The position numbers were made by a program, and so were the translations under genes. Shown here piece after piece: positions 49,282-61,310 of a stretch of DNA of 64,000 nucleotides (positions are counted from its first letter, which is position 1; every line of letters begins with the position of its first letter). Below the pieces are notes generated by a model, which was not told the DNA's origin, searched no databases, and saw only the letters and a program-made list of their open reading frames with translations. This DNA is from Felis catus (lineage: Eukaryota): assembly GCF_018350175.1 (NCBI RefSeq), contig NC_058373.1, positions 100,442,001-100,506,000 of the forward strand. Reading direction: 5' to 3'.

Positions 49282-49490
49282 GGGGTGCCTGGGTGACTCA
49301 GTCGGTTGGGCGTCTGACTTTTGCTTAGGTCATGATCTCACAGTTGGTAGGTTCGAGCCCTGGGTTGGGCTCTGTGCTGACAGCTCAGAGCCTGGAGCCT
49401 GCTTCAGATTCTATGTCTCTTTCTCTCTCTGCCCCTCCCCCACTAGTGCTCTCTCTCAAATAAATGTTAAAAAAAAAAATTTTTTTTAAA
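49282..49490 (+). mobile_element. Can-SINE, antisense to DDHD1
   Basis: Degenerate TSD gaaaataaagt(g/t)a(t/c)ga. Confidence 0.93.
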
Positions 49491-49669
49491 GAAAATAAAG
49501 TTACGAACTAACAAAAAGGCTTTAGCAAAGGTCAATTTCAAAGTAAAAATAAGGTAAGATTTGATCCAAAACATTCTCCTTATTCTAAGTTTTGGTAATT
49601 CTTGGGACCCTAACTGGATTAAAATAGAACGATATGACCAGTACTCTGAAGAATCATCATAGCGTGTAC

Positions 49670-52201
49670 ACAAAATAGAGAATAAATTTTTAATGGTATC
49701 AAAAACAGAACTTTTTGGCCAATTTAGTACTTGCTGGAATAAAGTTGCAAAATGTTACTCAGTAACGGACTTAGCTTCTAAATCAAGCCGGAATTACACA
49801 TACTCTGTATATTACTTGAGTATATACAAGTACATTCCATGATAACATGCAGAAACATGGAAACAAGAAGAGTACTATCAAGTCAAGATCACCATCTCTA
49901 TTCTCTGTTGATGAAATACACTGAAAACAAAACACCTGTTCAGTAATCCAGAATAGCTAATTTTGAAAAGGGGGTTTTAAATGTTGCTCTTTTCAAGAAC
50001 TCAGATAAACTCCGTGGGGTTAAATTTGATTTTGTTTTCTCAACGTGAAAAAAGAGAAGCAGATCATCTGCTATAGCTATGGGAATATCTTTTTCTTTTT
50101 CTTCCATATCAAATTAAAAGGTTTGATAGACTTACTGTCCCCAGGAAAAAGGACTCTTCGCATTCTAGTGGTAAGAATGAATCCCTTAAAGCTCTCAGAC
50201 ATACGAGTGTCACACCACCTGCAGCAACATATGCTTAAAGTACCTTTAATGAGACGGTCACATGAGACAGGAGTTCAATTTTCCTGAGAACTAAAGTCGA
50301 CGTATGAAATAAAACAGGGTATGAAAGTGACCTGAGTTCACAGGAGTCTCTAAATTCGAAAGAGATTGCTTCAGCTTTGCGAAGATCTCATCAAAAGCCT
50401 TTTATAGCAAGAGTCACATATTTGGTCACGGGGCTTCGGGGCCTTTTTAAGCACTCAAAAGAAGTGCTTTATGTTGTGCAAATTCCATGAAAGCCCAGGA
50501 CAAGGGACTAATGGTGCTCAGGAAAACCTATAGGTGAGCCCACAGATTCCACGGCTTTTTGTAAAGAACGGAGTGGGTGAGATGCACAACTGACCAACTT
50601 TGCTCCCAGCTTGACAATTATTGGGCAGCTAAGAAAATCCTTGGAAGATAAGCAAAGACAGCACCTTACGTGGAACCTAGGGGAAGCCACTCAAAAGTGA
50701 GTTAGTTGGGGTAGAGATGGCTACTGGTCTCTTCTAAGTAACTCCTCCTTTGTATGTGAGAACCACAGAACATGTACGACAAGTAGGACAAAATATCGGC
50801 TTCACAGTCTTCTCTCCAAATTACGCATTGCAACTTCTGTTATTATTACTGTCTGCAAACTACTAAGAGGTCACGTGGGAATTGTAGTCACTGAATAGCA
50901 TATAGAAGAATACAGTGCAGCTTCAATCTGAGCTCTTCTATTTGCTCTGTAATCTAATTCAAGGCACTTTAAAAATGTTTTGGTGCCTTAGTGTATTAAC
51001 ACGAAACAGGAGGAAAACACTCATTTACTTACCTCAAGGAGTACTACAGAGATGACTGAATCTTAAAGCACTTTGAGCTCCTCAGATGAAAAGCACTGTG
51101 GAGACAATCACAGCGGAGGAATACTCTTCCAGTGCCTCGGAATCCTGATCTATTGTGTCTTGTGTCTCAACCACGTTTTCTCGAACACTTCACAAGTAAA
51201 ATCTGTGAGTGGCACTCCATCCCTTTATATACGTTAATTGTTTGGCACACAGATGTTTATATATTGAAAATAGTTGTAGTAGTCACCACTCCAAAGTTGT
51301 TTACTAATTTTCCCATAAGGTTAATGAAATGTAGCCATGATGGAGTACTTTGTGTCAAATTTAGAAAACTTTAGCTTTCTTCTGAGGTACATGTGACATA
51401 ACGAAAAATTCATTTTGTTTTCAAAATAACTGAACTAGTGTTATTTATGTGAAACCACAAGTTTTTAATGACAAAAATACTGAAAGTATGCCACAGTGTC
51501 TATATATTCATCTGAAGAGTACAAAGATGGAGTTTTGAGGAAAAAAGGGTCTTAACACTATAGAAAAGAAATGTGGTTCTTAAATTGTTCAAAGGAAACA
51601 TTTTAAAAATGTAATGCTTCATGTATTGAAATAAAGCAGTTAGAGGTAATAAATTATAAATACAGTAGTTCAAATATTGTTTCTTTTTTTAGCATTAGTT
51701 TTTCTAAGCAAGTTAAATTCAAAAACACCTTAAACTCTGTTATCCTCTTCTGTCAAAGGACCTGTGGAAATAGAAGCTTTTGCAGAAATCGACAACAGTA
51801 ATAACACCTTGTGGTCTTTACGTAGACTACACCGGATCTTGACCATTTTAGAGTTACAACATATTTTGGTTAATACATTAGATTCAACTCATTAATATGC
51901 CTTTATATTTGGGGGAAATTGGATTGTGATTTATAACGTAGTTCACCCAAACTCAATTCCAGGTCTTGCTTGATTCTCTGCAGGAGGCTCTGTCAGACTC
52001 ATAATTAAAATGATGAAAAGTGTAAATAACTTCTTTCAGACTGAAAAAATATTTGTTTTTTAAATAAAGTGCTTTAAATTCAAATATTTCTTGCCCTAAA
52101 CAAAACTGAAACACACTTAAACCTGAAATCTCCATCATATCTTGACACACATATTTTAACAGGAAGAAATCAGTTTGGGGCCATTAGTGTCCTTCAAGAG
52201 T
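49670..52201 (-). other. DDHD1: DDHD1 3' UTR, proximal part; it may extend to ~41.7 kb or further
   Basis: Follows the stop codon and is AU-rich and repeat-poor. Candidate ATTAAA signals on the minus strand lie at 51464-51469 and 49689-49694. The true 3' end cannot be fixed from sequence alone. Confidence 0.65.
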
Positions 52202-52383
52202 TCAGATTGGATCTAAATTGGGTTTTGCATTATTATCGTGCTCATGTTTGTACATGAAGGTTAAAAGAAAGAGGGCAACATCCAAGGATGACCAATAGGC
52301 GGTATGAGATGTGACAGCTGACCAATAGCGGCTTTCCACAAGGCCTTCTCGGAGTTCAAAGTCAATTCTGTGATCCAATTCCA
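52202..52383 (-). CDS. DDHD1: DDHD1 last coding exon: (V/L)ELDHRIDFELREGLVESRYWSAVTSHTAYWSSLDVALFLLTFMYKHEHDNNAKPNLDPI*
   Basis: Acceptor cttttcctttcag|TGGAA and TGA stop at 52204-52202. Contains the RIDF, SHTAYW and LDVA motifs of the DDHD domain. Confidence 0.97.
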
Positions 52384-55300
52384 CTGAAAGGAAAAGAAAG
52401 TCAAACAAGTGAATAAGTATTACAATATGTTCTATATAGACTTTACCTAGAGTTGAGAATAAAAATTTAGCTAATAGAAATGATTCTTTTATCCTTTTTT
52501 CCCCCCTCTTTAAAGTGACTTTCCACTCTAATCTCATGGAAAACAAACGAACACCCAAGACAGACTCAATAGCTCAGGATTCTATTTGGGAGAGTCCTTT
52601 CCTTTGTATGCTTAGGTCAGTATGGGATAATAAAGGAATAAAACAAACAAAATCACTTGGTATCATAGAATATGTTTGGAGTAAAGAAACTGGCCTCAAA
52701 TCCTAACTTTCCCATTTAATCTTTGATCCTAATCTGTAAAGTAAGAAAAACAGCCCTCTGGCAGAAGTGTGGGCCAGGCTTATGTGCAATAATGTCTGGG
52801 AGTGCATGCAGCAGGTCACTCAAACGCCCTCTCCATCACCTTGTTCTGTGGTTACTTTTTGTAATCCTAGACTGCCTTCCTCCCCATGTGGCCACCATGG
52901 CACAGCCTGGTCCCCATGCAGTCAGCAGGGCCTCACATGTGCCTGAGACACACAAGTCCTCACTAAATGTCTGTTTGATAAAGAATCCACTGGGTGGCTG
53001 GGACAGTTAAACCAGGAGGAACAGTGGTGATCCCTGGGAGGAAGGACTTCATTTATAACAGCGCTGTGCTCAAACAATTCAGGGAATTTAATCAAGTCTT
53101 TTTCTAAAAGCCACAGAAAAGTCCTTGCAATACCTGTTGGAGAAAAATCAAGGCTATAAGAGAATTGCAAAGGATCCATTTAATAAGTCCTTAGAGATAA
53201 AACACTTAGAAAAATAATACTTTGATCTCTAGGAATTCCTTTAAAAGAGTCAATGAGCTGTATAAGACTTTGAAGGAGCTATCTTAAAAACAAAGAACAC
53301 CCAAATCTTTGTTCGAAGTGCCAGAAGATGTAGCAAGTGGCAAAAATCAACGAGGCTGGAGAAAAAGTTGGGTTTTGTTTTACACTGGGAATTTGGTTAG
53401 TTGCACATGGGAAATCATATCACTCTAGAGAATGATTTCATATAAATGTTTAGCTAATGCTTATTTTAAATAGGTATTTTGTGACAATATCTTTTAGTGA
53501 TTTAAAAGGGCACAGAGTTGTTACTTTTCTATTCAACTATGCTTTTCTGACAAGGAATGCCCATTGATCTATCTGTATATTTTAAGGTTACCCTTAAGCA
53601 GCATAAATACCAATTAGGTTATAAAACACTTGTAAAATATATTTACAAAGTTTTTAAAACTTTTTTTCTCACTTAAATTACAATAAGCTAATCCGTAATA
53701 CAGCAGAAATAGCTGAAATCTATATGGGGAACTGGGGGGTAGTAATGTCTGAATCTTTTATCTCTTGTACTCCATAGGACATTTGAGTTCGATTTGTCGG
53801 CACATTCTGGCACAAGATACAGGAAGATGAAAAACGAGGAGACTGGAATTCTCAAGCGTGAAGAAGAGAAGTCAAGCTGGAGGTAGTTACAAAGAAAAGA
53901 GGAGAAATAAAATGAAAAACAGAAGAGATGAGAAACCCACACATTCATATCGGCAAAGACCACGAAGTTATCATTTCTACTTTAAAATGCCACTGTAGAA
54001 CAGCCTTTCCTAGTCCAACGGCCTTAAGTTAAACTTTTGTTTTAAAGTTAAAAAAAAGGGATTTGTGTTTTGTTATAACTATTATTTGGCTTTGATTTTA
54101 TGTCCCTGAGATTTATTCTTAAATGTGGTTACTGTTGTGAAACACTGCCTTTCATATACTAGACACTCAAATGCTGAACTTAATTATTGCCCTACTCTAT
54201 GCCCTTGTCATTCTTACCACCTACAGTCAGTATGGTTAACTAGACTTGCCATCTCTCACCCTGGTTATTTATGTGTAGGCTATCCTCATCAAAACGGGAA
54301 TTAGGTAGCCAGCCTGTACCTGATGAATCTGTTTTAGTCTCTCATCCTCCTTCCAAGGTTTACAACAGGTAGTGTGGTTGCCAGTGCAGGTGACCTCACA
54401 GGTGCTGGTTCTGCAGGCGGATGGATGGAATAAGGTGGGCCTACGTCTCACATCTCTTCCTTTTCTGTAGGTCACAGAATTCCCAAGGGAGCAAGGGTCT
54501 AGATGGCAGTTACCATTCTTTATGTGCCGTGAGATGAGCTCTTGGCCCAAATAGGCCTAAATCTATATGGAGTTGCCTTGGTCCTATTTTCTTAATATTA
54601 GCACATCAAAAATGAGTGGCACAACACAGTGGGTAGTTTTTTCCTAGTTTTACTCACTGAATTAGGTCAAAGAGAAAGGAAAACATAATATCATCACTCT
54701 GTCCCTTTTTTCTCTCTTTTGAGTGCCTTAAGTGCTAGAATTCCTCTATCCACAAAGAAAGGAATGAGATCCTGAACTGAAGAGAAGTGAAACTGAGAAA
54801 AAATACTGTGGGATCTTATCAATCATCAGCAGTTGCCTTATACTGCCTTAAAGCATGGGTTATTTTCTTTTCTGGGGAGTCTGGCACAGAGGCCTAGTTC
54901 CCTTCCTATTCCCCAGAGTGAATGTTTGCAGTGTATGAAGTATGTAGGAGTGAAGTGTCATCAGGACTGTGCTTTCATCAGAGAACTCTCTGCACAAGGC
55001 TTGTCCACATGGATACTGTATTAGAAAACATAACACATGTGAATAGGAAGTGCACATCTTAGTCTTAAAATGTGTACTAATTGGACAGGTTTCTATTGCT
55101 TAATGGCTTTAACTTCCTTGGAGAGAAATTTTCAAAAACTTAATGAATCTTAAAAGTGGTCTTATTTGTAAGTATTAATTTTGGTCATAATTGCATGATT
55201 TTTGGCTACGGCAGACACCAAGAAAAATACCAGTAAAGCAAGTTGTGTTTTCAAACGACTAGCAAAAGCTTCTTTCATAGTAAAAAAGATTATGCTGAGT

Positions 55301-57228
55301 TCTTGCTGGGTAAATTATGTCTTGTTATTTCTGTGTTGCCTCAGAGCAACTATACATTTCATGTGGTTAGGTGTTTGACATCAAGGAATATTTACATTTT
55401 GTGAACGCTCATAATTTCAAATATATTTAAGGATATTCTCTGTCCTTGATATTATAATCAGTTTTCATATCTGCCAAAATAATTTCCCAACACTAATCTG
55501 TCCTGAAAGATATTCAAATACCTAATGTTTGATAACAGATGGGCTTTGTGGGTAAATCTTGAATACAAAAAAACTCCAGGGGATGGCCCTCTACAATCTG
55601 GTTTAAGAAACTTTTCCAATCACATTCAAAACTATTCCCTTCTATTCATCCTTGGCTCTTCTCAAGAAAACTAACTACATACATACATACCTCTACATAC
55701 CCTGTGCTTTTCCGTATGCGGTTTCTTCTCCCTGCAATGTCTTTTCATCACCGTGTGTCCAAATTCTACCTCCACAGAGCCTTTTATAATTTTTCGAGGT
55801 GAAAGCATTTTCTCATTCCCTAGAACTGACGGAGTCCTTTACCAGTACCTTTGTTATGTGGCTCATCACATCTACCATATGTTATAAATATTTATGTAGC
55901 AATCTACTTCTCTACTAGGTAAATATATATTCTCTAGAAAATGCTCAATTTCCACACTAGCATTTAGTATCTTTATGGGCAGTACTGAAGTCTGTTTCAT
56001 TTTGGTATCTTTTCTAGTGGCTATCTTGGTACTTTGGCTCATGGTAAACATTTAATAAATAATTGTTAAATGCAAAAAAGTAGGGGAAGAGAAATAGAAG
56101 CCATACACACATTACCATTTGAATCAGTTTGGTGTAGTTAATGTTTAGATAGCTGGGATGGTTTTAAGATAATACGTGTAAGGGCTACTTGAACGCAGGA
56201 TAAATGAGTGGATTAACTTCTGTGTTGAATTAAATATGCAAAAACCAAAGTCAAATAATTTCTTCATGGATGTGACTAACTATTATTACATGAGCAGGGG
56301 GCAGAGAGAGCACTTATATAAGATCATTCCTTAAGGGAAATTCATGAAGTTTCATCAAAACAAACTGTTGCTAGGGAGCATAAAAACACAAATCAGTTTG
56401 TTATATTAAAATACTGTTTTGGAATTTTTATCAAGGAAGTTTTTTTGAAAACAGAAAAAATATGTATGGAAATTAGCAATTACATAGAGAAGTTGTAAAA
56501 TTAAATGTGGTTAAAAATCCAAGGAAAAACCTGTAACATTTTTTGTTAAAGACAAAATCCAATATTAAAAAAAAAAAAAAAAAAGGAAAAGGAGAGGAGC
56601 TGTGGAAAAAGGAATGAAAGTTAATGATAAAAATGATTTTAAACTAAGATTAATCCTTAGTGGCACATTTAGAATCTGCTAAAAATTAAGAGACTGAAAA
56701 TATCTCTTGTATCCAATAATGCTAATTTTTAAATGCAAACCTACCCTTCTTAAAGAAAAAAATATTTGTGTTGAAACCAGATAGCAGCAGCTAGGGCACA
56801 CGCACAGCCCTAAGTAGTAGCGGTACTGATACCTGAAATACCTAGGAATAATTACATTTCTTACACTATGAGACTTTATATCTAAATGTCTTACATGTAA
56901 AGAACAGTGAACCTCTTTGAAGCCTTTGGGACAATAAAGGAGGAAGATGACCTCATGCTTTTCTTCCCTCTCCAAAAGGTTGCTTCTTTGTAGGAATGTA
57001 CAGGAGTATCATTTTAGCACACTAAGGGACTAATCAATACTTGGGTTTCAGGACCCCTACTATTTAAGGTTAGAATATACAGGAAAAAATTACATATCAA
57101 ATGGTCTGTAATGGTTAACATTCAAGCTGATCTCATAGAAGAACTGATGCAAGTTTTCAGTGAGCAGAAGACCTGTAAGTGGATCATTTTTATTGTACTC
57201 TGAGTGCTATTCCTGACATATACCATAC

Positions 57229-57312
57229 CGAGGGTATTATCTTTATTCTGCATTACATTTTCCGGAAAAAGAAGTTGTGGGAGATTAAAGAACGATTCCT
57301 GAAGTCTGAAAT
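57229..57312 (-). CDS. DDHD1: DDHD1 cassette exon (84 nt, phase 1/1): (Y)FRLQESFFNLPQLLFPENVMQNKDNTL(V)
   Basis: Acceptor ttttttttcacag|ATTTC, donor CTCG|gtatgg. The peptide matches the 28-aa insert I recall in the long DDHD1 isoform. Confidence 0.9.
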
Positions 57313-59767
57313 CTGTGAAAAAAAAACACAAGATGCTGTAAAGTGTTGGCTGATGGTTACAAAGGGCCTTCAATGATGCAGTGGCCAAAAGTTAGAACAA
57401 CACTCCCAAATATGCTGATTAAACCTAGCATACATAAAGAAGTACACACTTTGGTTTTTATGAAGAGCTCTTTCATGGAAAATGTAAGCATCGTTAACTT
57501 TGCAATACAATGTCATAATCTGTTAACACCCAGATATCCCCCAAATTAATAGCTCATTTAAGTTCTAACCTTGAGGCAAAACAATGTTAAAAGAAACAGA
57601 TATTTTCTTTCCGTAATATGATACAAACATAAGGGAGTACAAGAAATGAAACCGTAAAACTACCGTAAATAAGCCCGGACTTTTCAAAAGAAATGAAGAC
57701 TAGCTATTGATATTCAACTTGATGAGAATAAAGTGGTTTCAATTGACAACACATACTCTTCAAAGACAGAAACCCTGATGGATCATGAAAATTCAAAGCC
57801 TGTGTCCATCCTACCCTCAAAAAGCAAGAGAATCAAAGTTGGCAGCTTCAGAATAAAGGTCATCAGGAACAGAGGCAATCAATGCGAGCAGGACGAAGAA
57901 AGGAAGGAAGCCAGAATCACCTAATCACAATGACCAAATCCCAGAAAGAAGGCTTAAGGAAGAAAGGTTTTAGGATTTGCAAGATACAGCCACTATGTGC
58001 ATAATAGAGCAACTATGACATAAAAAAACATCCAAATCAGGATTACAAAGAAGAGTGTATTATTGAAGCAAGTCTAACAATTAGTAAGGCAAATCTTGAG
58101 AATCTGATTTTAAAAGGTGGAATTCTACTATAATAGTTTAATTTTAATAGTTACACCTATGTCTAGAGATAAATATCTGTAACTAAGACTCACGATTAGC
58201 TCATATTTAGTGGAGTCTATAGTCTACAAGGACTTTACCATTAAGACCAACAAAGAAAGAATTTATACGCAAGACTGACAGAAAATGTATTTTGTTAAGC
58301 TATCAAAGTATAATGATGCAATGCAGCTGAGCACCTCTATTAATTGTTGTCCTGAAAGAAGAAACAGGTTTCTCTGTTATCATTTTGAAATTACTATGTT
58401 AAATAGTAAAAAGACCACAGGAACAGCTTTCTTCCTTCAGATCCTATGGATTCTCTCTTTGTCTTCATTACCCTTTCTTGGGGGCTCAAATCCCACTTCA
58501 TTCTTGTTCCCTCAGTCACCCTAATGTTTATTTACTAGCATCATTGCTGTGTATTAACATTACAAGGAATTGTGACTTTTTACCTGTCATCTTACAAAAT
58601 TCTTTTAAACTATTTTTCTTCAGAAACTTTAGAGCTGTGATCTCTGTATGTCACAACAGAGTTTTGTATTTTTACAGCCGCATTTCTGAATAAGTAGAAG
58701 TGAAAGCTTAAGTCAGCAATAATAAAATGAAAAAAATGAATTTTATACAAATATCAAAGTCTGAAATGAATTTTCTAGGCAGTGTTCAAAAGGCTTACAA
58801 TTATAAAATTTTTAGTAATCAGAGTCTCACATAAATAGGAGTAAGTTAAAAAATGCTATTGGTCCGAATAGAAATGTCCAACTCAGGAATGTCCGGGATA
58901 ATGGCTCCTGGAGTAGGGCTAACTGTGGAGAAAGATCCAGCCTCTAGAACCACCACACTTGAACTTCCTTTTTAAGTATGTTTGATGGATGGCAATGGAC
59001 ACTGGTCATTTTAAAATACAGAGTAGCAGACACAACAAGAAGACAAGGCTACAAGTATCTGAAATAAAATCTGTTTAAACATTTATAGAGAAAGAAAGGA
59101 AAAGTTTTCCCTGATTGCTATAGTAACAAAAAGCAGCTAGTCTGAGAATCTACATTTCTTTATATAAGTCAATGGAAAAATAGGACTTACTAGTCTTCTT
59201 TTATGGACACTTGAAAATAAGGCTCAAATTTAGACCCTTGGGATTAAATACATATTAAATGTATAAGAGTTTCACAACTATTCAAGATTTTAAACCTTAG
59301 AAGTCTACTGGAAAGAATTAAATAGAGCTCCATTCCAATGCTAAGTCCAGCATAACTATCCATTCACTTATTCATTTCTTGAATATCTACTTTACACTAG
59401 GTAGCTGGGATAGAACTGGAAACCACACAGCGGATCCAATACAATATAAGCTTGAAGGTCTTTGTAATTGGGCTGGATGAATGAAACTCTGGAATTAGCA
59501 GCAGGATGGCTTTTAAAAAGTATCAAGAATATACACAGCAGAGGTTTAAAGCAATTACATGAATTTTTAAGGCTGAGAAGACCATATTTTTTAAAAATCT
59601 ACTTTCTAAAAATCAGGGTGCTTTCTCCCAAAGAGATTTGTTTTATGCTTGGTGTTTAAGACCCTTGTGCCACCAGGCCCTGATTATTAATGTTCTTAAT
59701 TCTTCATTCACCAATGCAGAGAGCAAAACTGCATTTACCTGGAAATTATACTTAAAAATATAATCAG

Positions 59768-59953
59768 GGGCATCTGGATGGCTCAGTCGGTTAAGTATCC
59801 AACTCCTGATTTCAGCTCAGGTCATGATCTCACAGTTGTGAGATTGAGCCCTGTGCCAGGCTCCATGCGAAGTGTGGAGTCTGCTTTGGATTCTCTCTGT
59901 CTCTCTGCCCTTGCCCTGCTTGCATGCTCTCTCTCTCTCTCAAAAAATAAATA
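59768..59953 (+). mobile_element. Intronic Can-SINE
   Basis: TSD aaaaatataatcag on both sides. Confidence 0.92.
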
Positions 59954-60109
59954 AAAAATATAATCAGAGGAAAAGTACTTTTTTTAAAAAAAAGCTAACT
60001 TATGCTTTACATTTTAGAGTTGACTGCTACCATTAGTATCTTCATCCTCCCCGCCTTCAAGTTGTAAGAGATAGAGTATTAACTTAAAGTAAGAAAAATA
60101 TGAACTAAC

Positions 60110-60301
60110 ATGCAGAATCCAGAAAGCCAGAACTGCTATGTGGAAGGGTCTGTGTTGCAACAGTGGTAGTGGGAAGCGAGCCAAGTGACTTCTTCTCGTC
60201 TTCTATTGAGTCTTTTGATGTCTCAGATGGCTGTGATGTAGATGAGCGTCCAAATCTCGAGAACAACATCCCTCCAAGGCCCTTTCCAATGCTAGCAGCC
60301 C
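60110..60301 (-). CDS. DDHD1: DDHD1 coding exon (192 nt, phase 1/1): (G)AASIGKGLGGMLFSRFGRSSTSQPSETSKDSIEDEKKSLGSLPTTTVATQTLPHSSSGFLDSA
   Basis: Lies within ORF 60105..60314(-). Acceptor aaatatag|GGGCT, donor GCAT|gttagt. The phase matches both neighbours. Confidence 0.95.
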
Positions 60302-60738
60302 CTATATTTCGCAAAACAGGGCAGTCAGTCTGTTGGAATCACACCACATACCAAGCTAAAGAGCACCATCCATAGTTACAGCCAATTGGCAGAGGTTCCA
60401 AGTCCTAGTCATATTTTTCCAGGGTGGGAACATAGGAAAGTTACAATTTACACTGTAGGTTTCTAAGTAAAAATGGTGTTGAATAGAATGAGAGTTGTAC
60501 AAACTGCAGGAATACAGTGTACAAAAGAATAAAGATTCTATTTTATTCAAGTGATCACTGTTGATTACAATATTTGGGAAGATTAAAAACGTTAATGAAA
60601 GAATAATACCATTGACAGGGGCATATATTTACTATTGATATGCTTTACTACTGAAGTTAAGTGAGTATGTTATAAAAAGCTATCAATAAACAAATCTGGG
60701 AGTATGACAAAGTGAAATCTCAATGAAAAGCCTATTTA

Positions 60739-60757
60739 TAGTGCCATCTTGTGGCAC
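60739..60757 (-). promoter_or_regulatory. Candidate CTCF-binding site in a DDHD1 intron
   Basis: The minus strand reads GTGCCACAAGATGGCACTA, close to the CTCF consensus TGGCCACCAGGGGGCGCTA. Confidence 0.6.
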
Positions 60758-60899
60758 TTTATATTAAGGCAACCTGTAACTAAAAAAAACGGACAAATTC
60801 AAGAGGCACATAAACCAGCGCTACCCCAAACATTGTGGCTGGTGCTGGAGATGATTCAAAGAAATTAAATATCCTTGCTGACCCCAGGACAGACACGGT

Positions 60900-61080
60900 T
60901 TGAGAGACTGTTAAGACATGAATTGCAGAACTGGTTGGCAGGGGCACCCTTAGAACTCAAGCACTCCCTCATTTTACAGATGAGGAAGCAGACCATTAAA
61001 AATGATGGGACTTCCCCAAGATCTCATGGTAGGTGGTAGGGCCAAGATTAAAATGAGGGCCTTGATTCCCAGACCTTTCC
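60900..61080 (-). mobile_element. MIR
   Basis: Reverse MIR core cattttacagatgaggaagcagac. Confidence 0.7.
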
Positions 61081-61310
61081 TTGTCTATCCAGCTATCTCA
61101 TATTCTAAATGTACAAGATCTGATCTAGTTAGAGAACCTTTGGGGATTTTAGCTCTCAAGTATGAACAGTGAGAGGGTAGTTAATTCTAGACATGGGGAT
61201 TAAATGTTGGATGTTTTGTAATATGCAGAGTATTTTCAAGTACCCTCAATTTAATGCCTATCTAAAAAAGTACTTACATTTACTGATAAGAAATACTTAA
61301 GAGAAATTAC

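Noticed and set aside
52180..52204. Stop-codon read-through at the DDHD1 TGA
   Set aside because: The context is TGA-ACT, not the TGA-CTAG read-through motif, and the next in-frame stop follows after only five codons.
57120..57172. Second acceptor-like ccacttacag just downstream of the cassette exon
   Set aside because: It is only 56 nt from the cassette donor and has no convincing donor of its own.
57700..58110. Purine-rich, coding-looking stretch on the plus strand within a DDHD1 intron (ORF 57733..57924)
   Set aside because: I cannot assign it. It may be an old L1/HAL1 ORF1 or pseudogene fragment and needs BLAST or Dfam.
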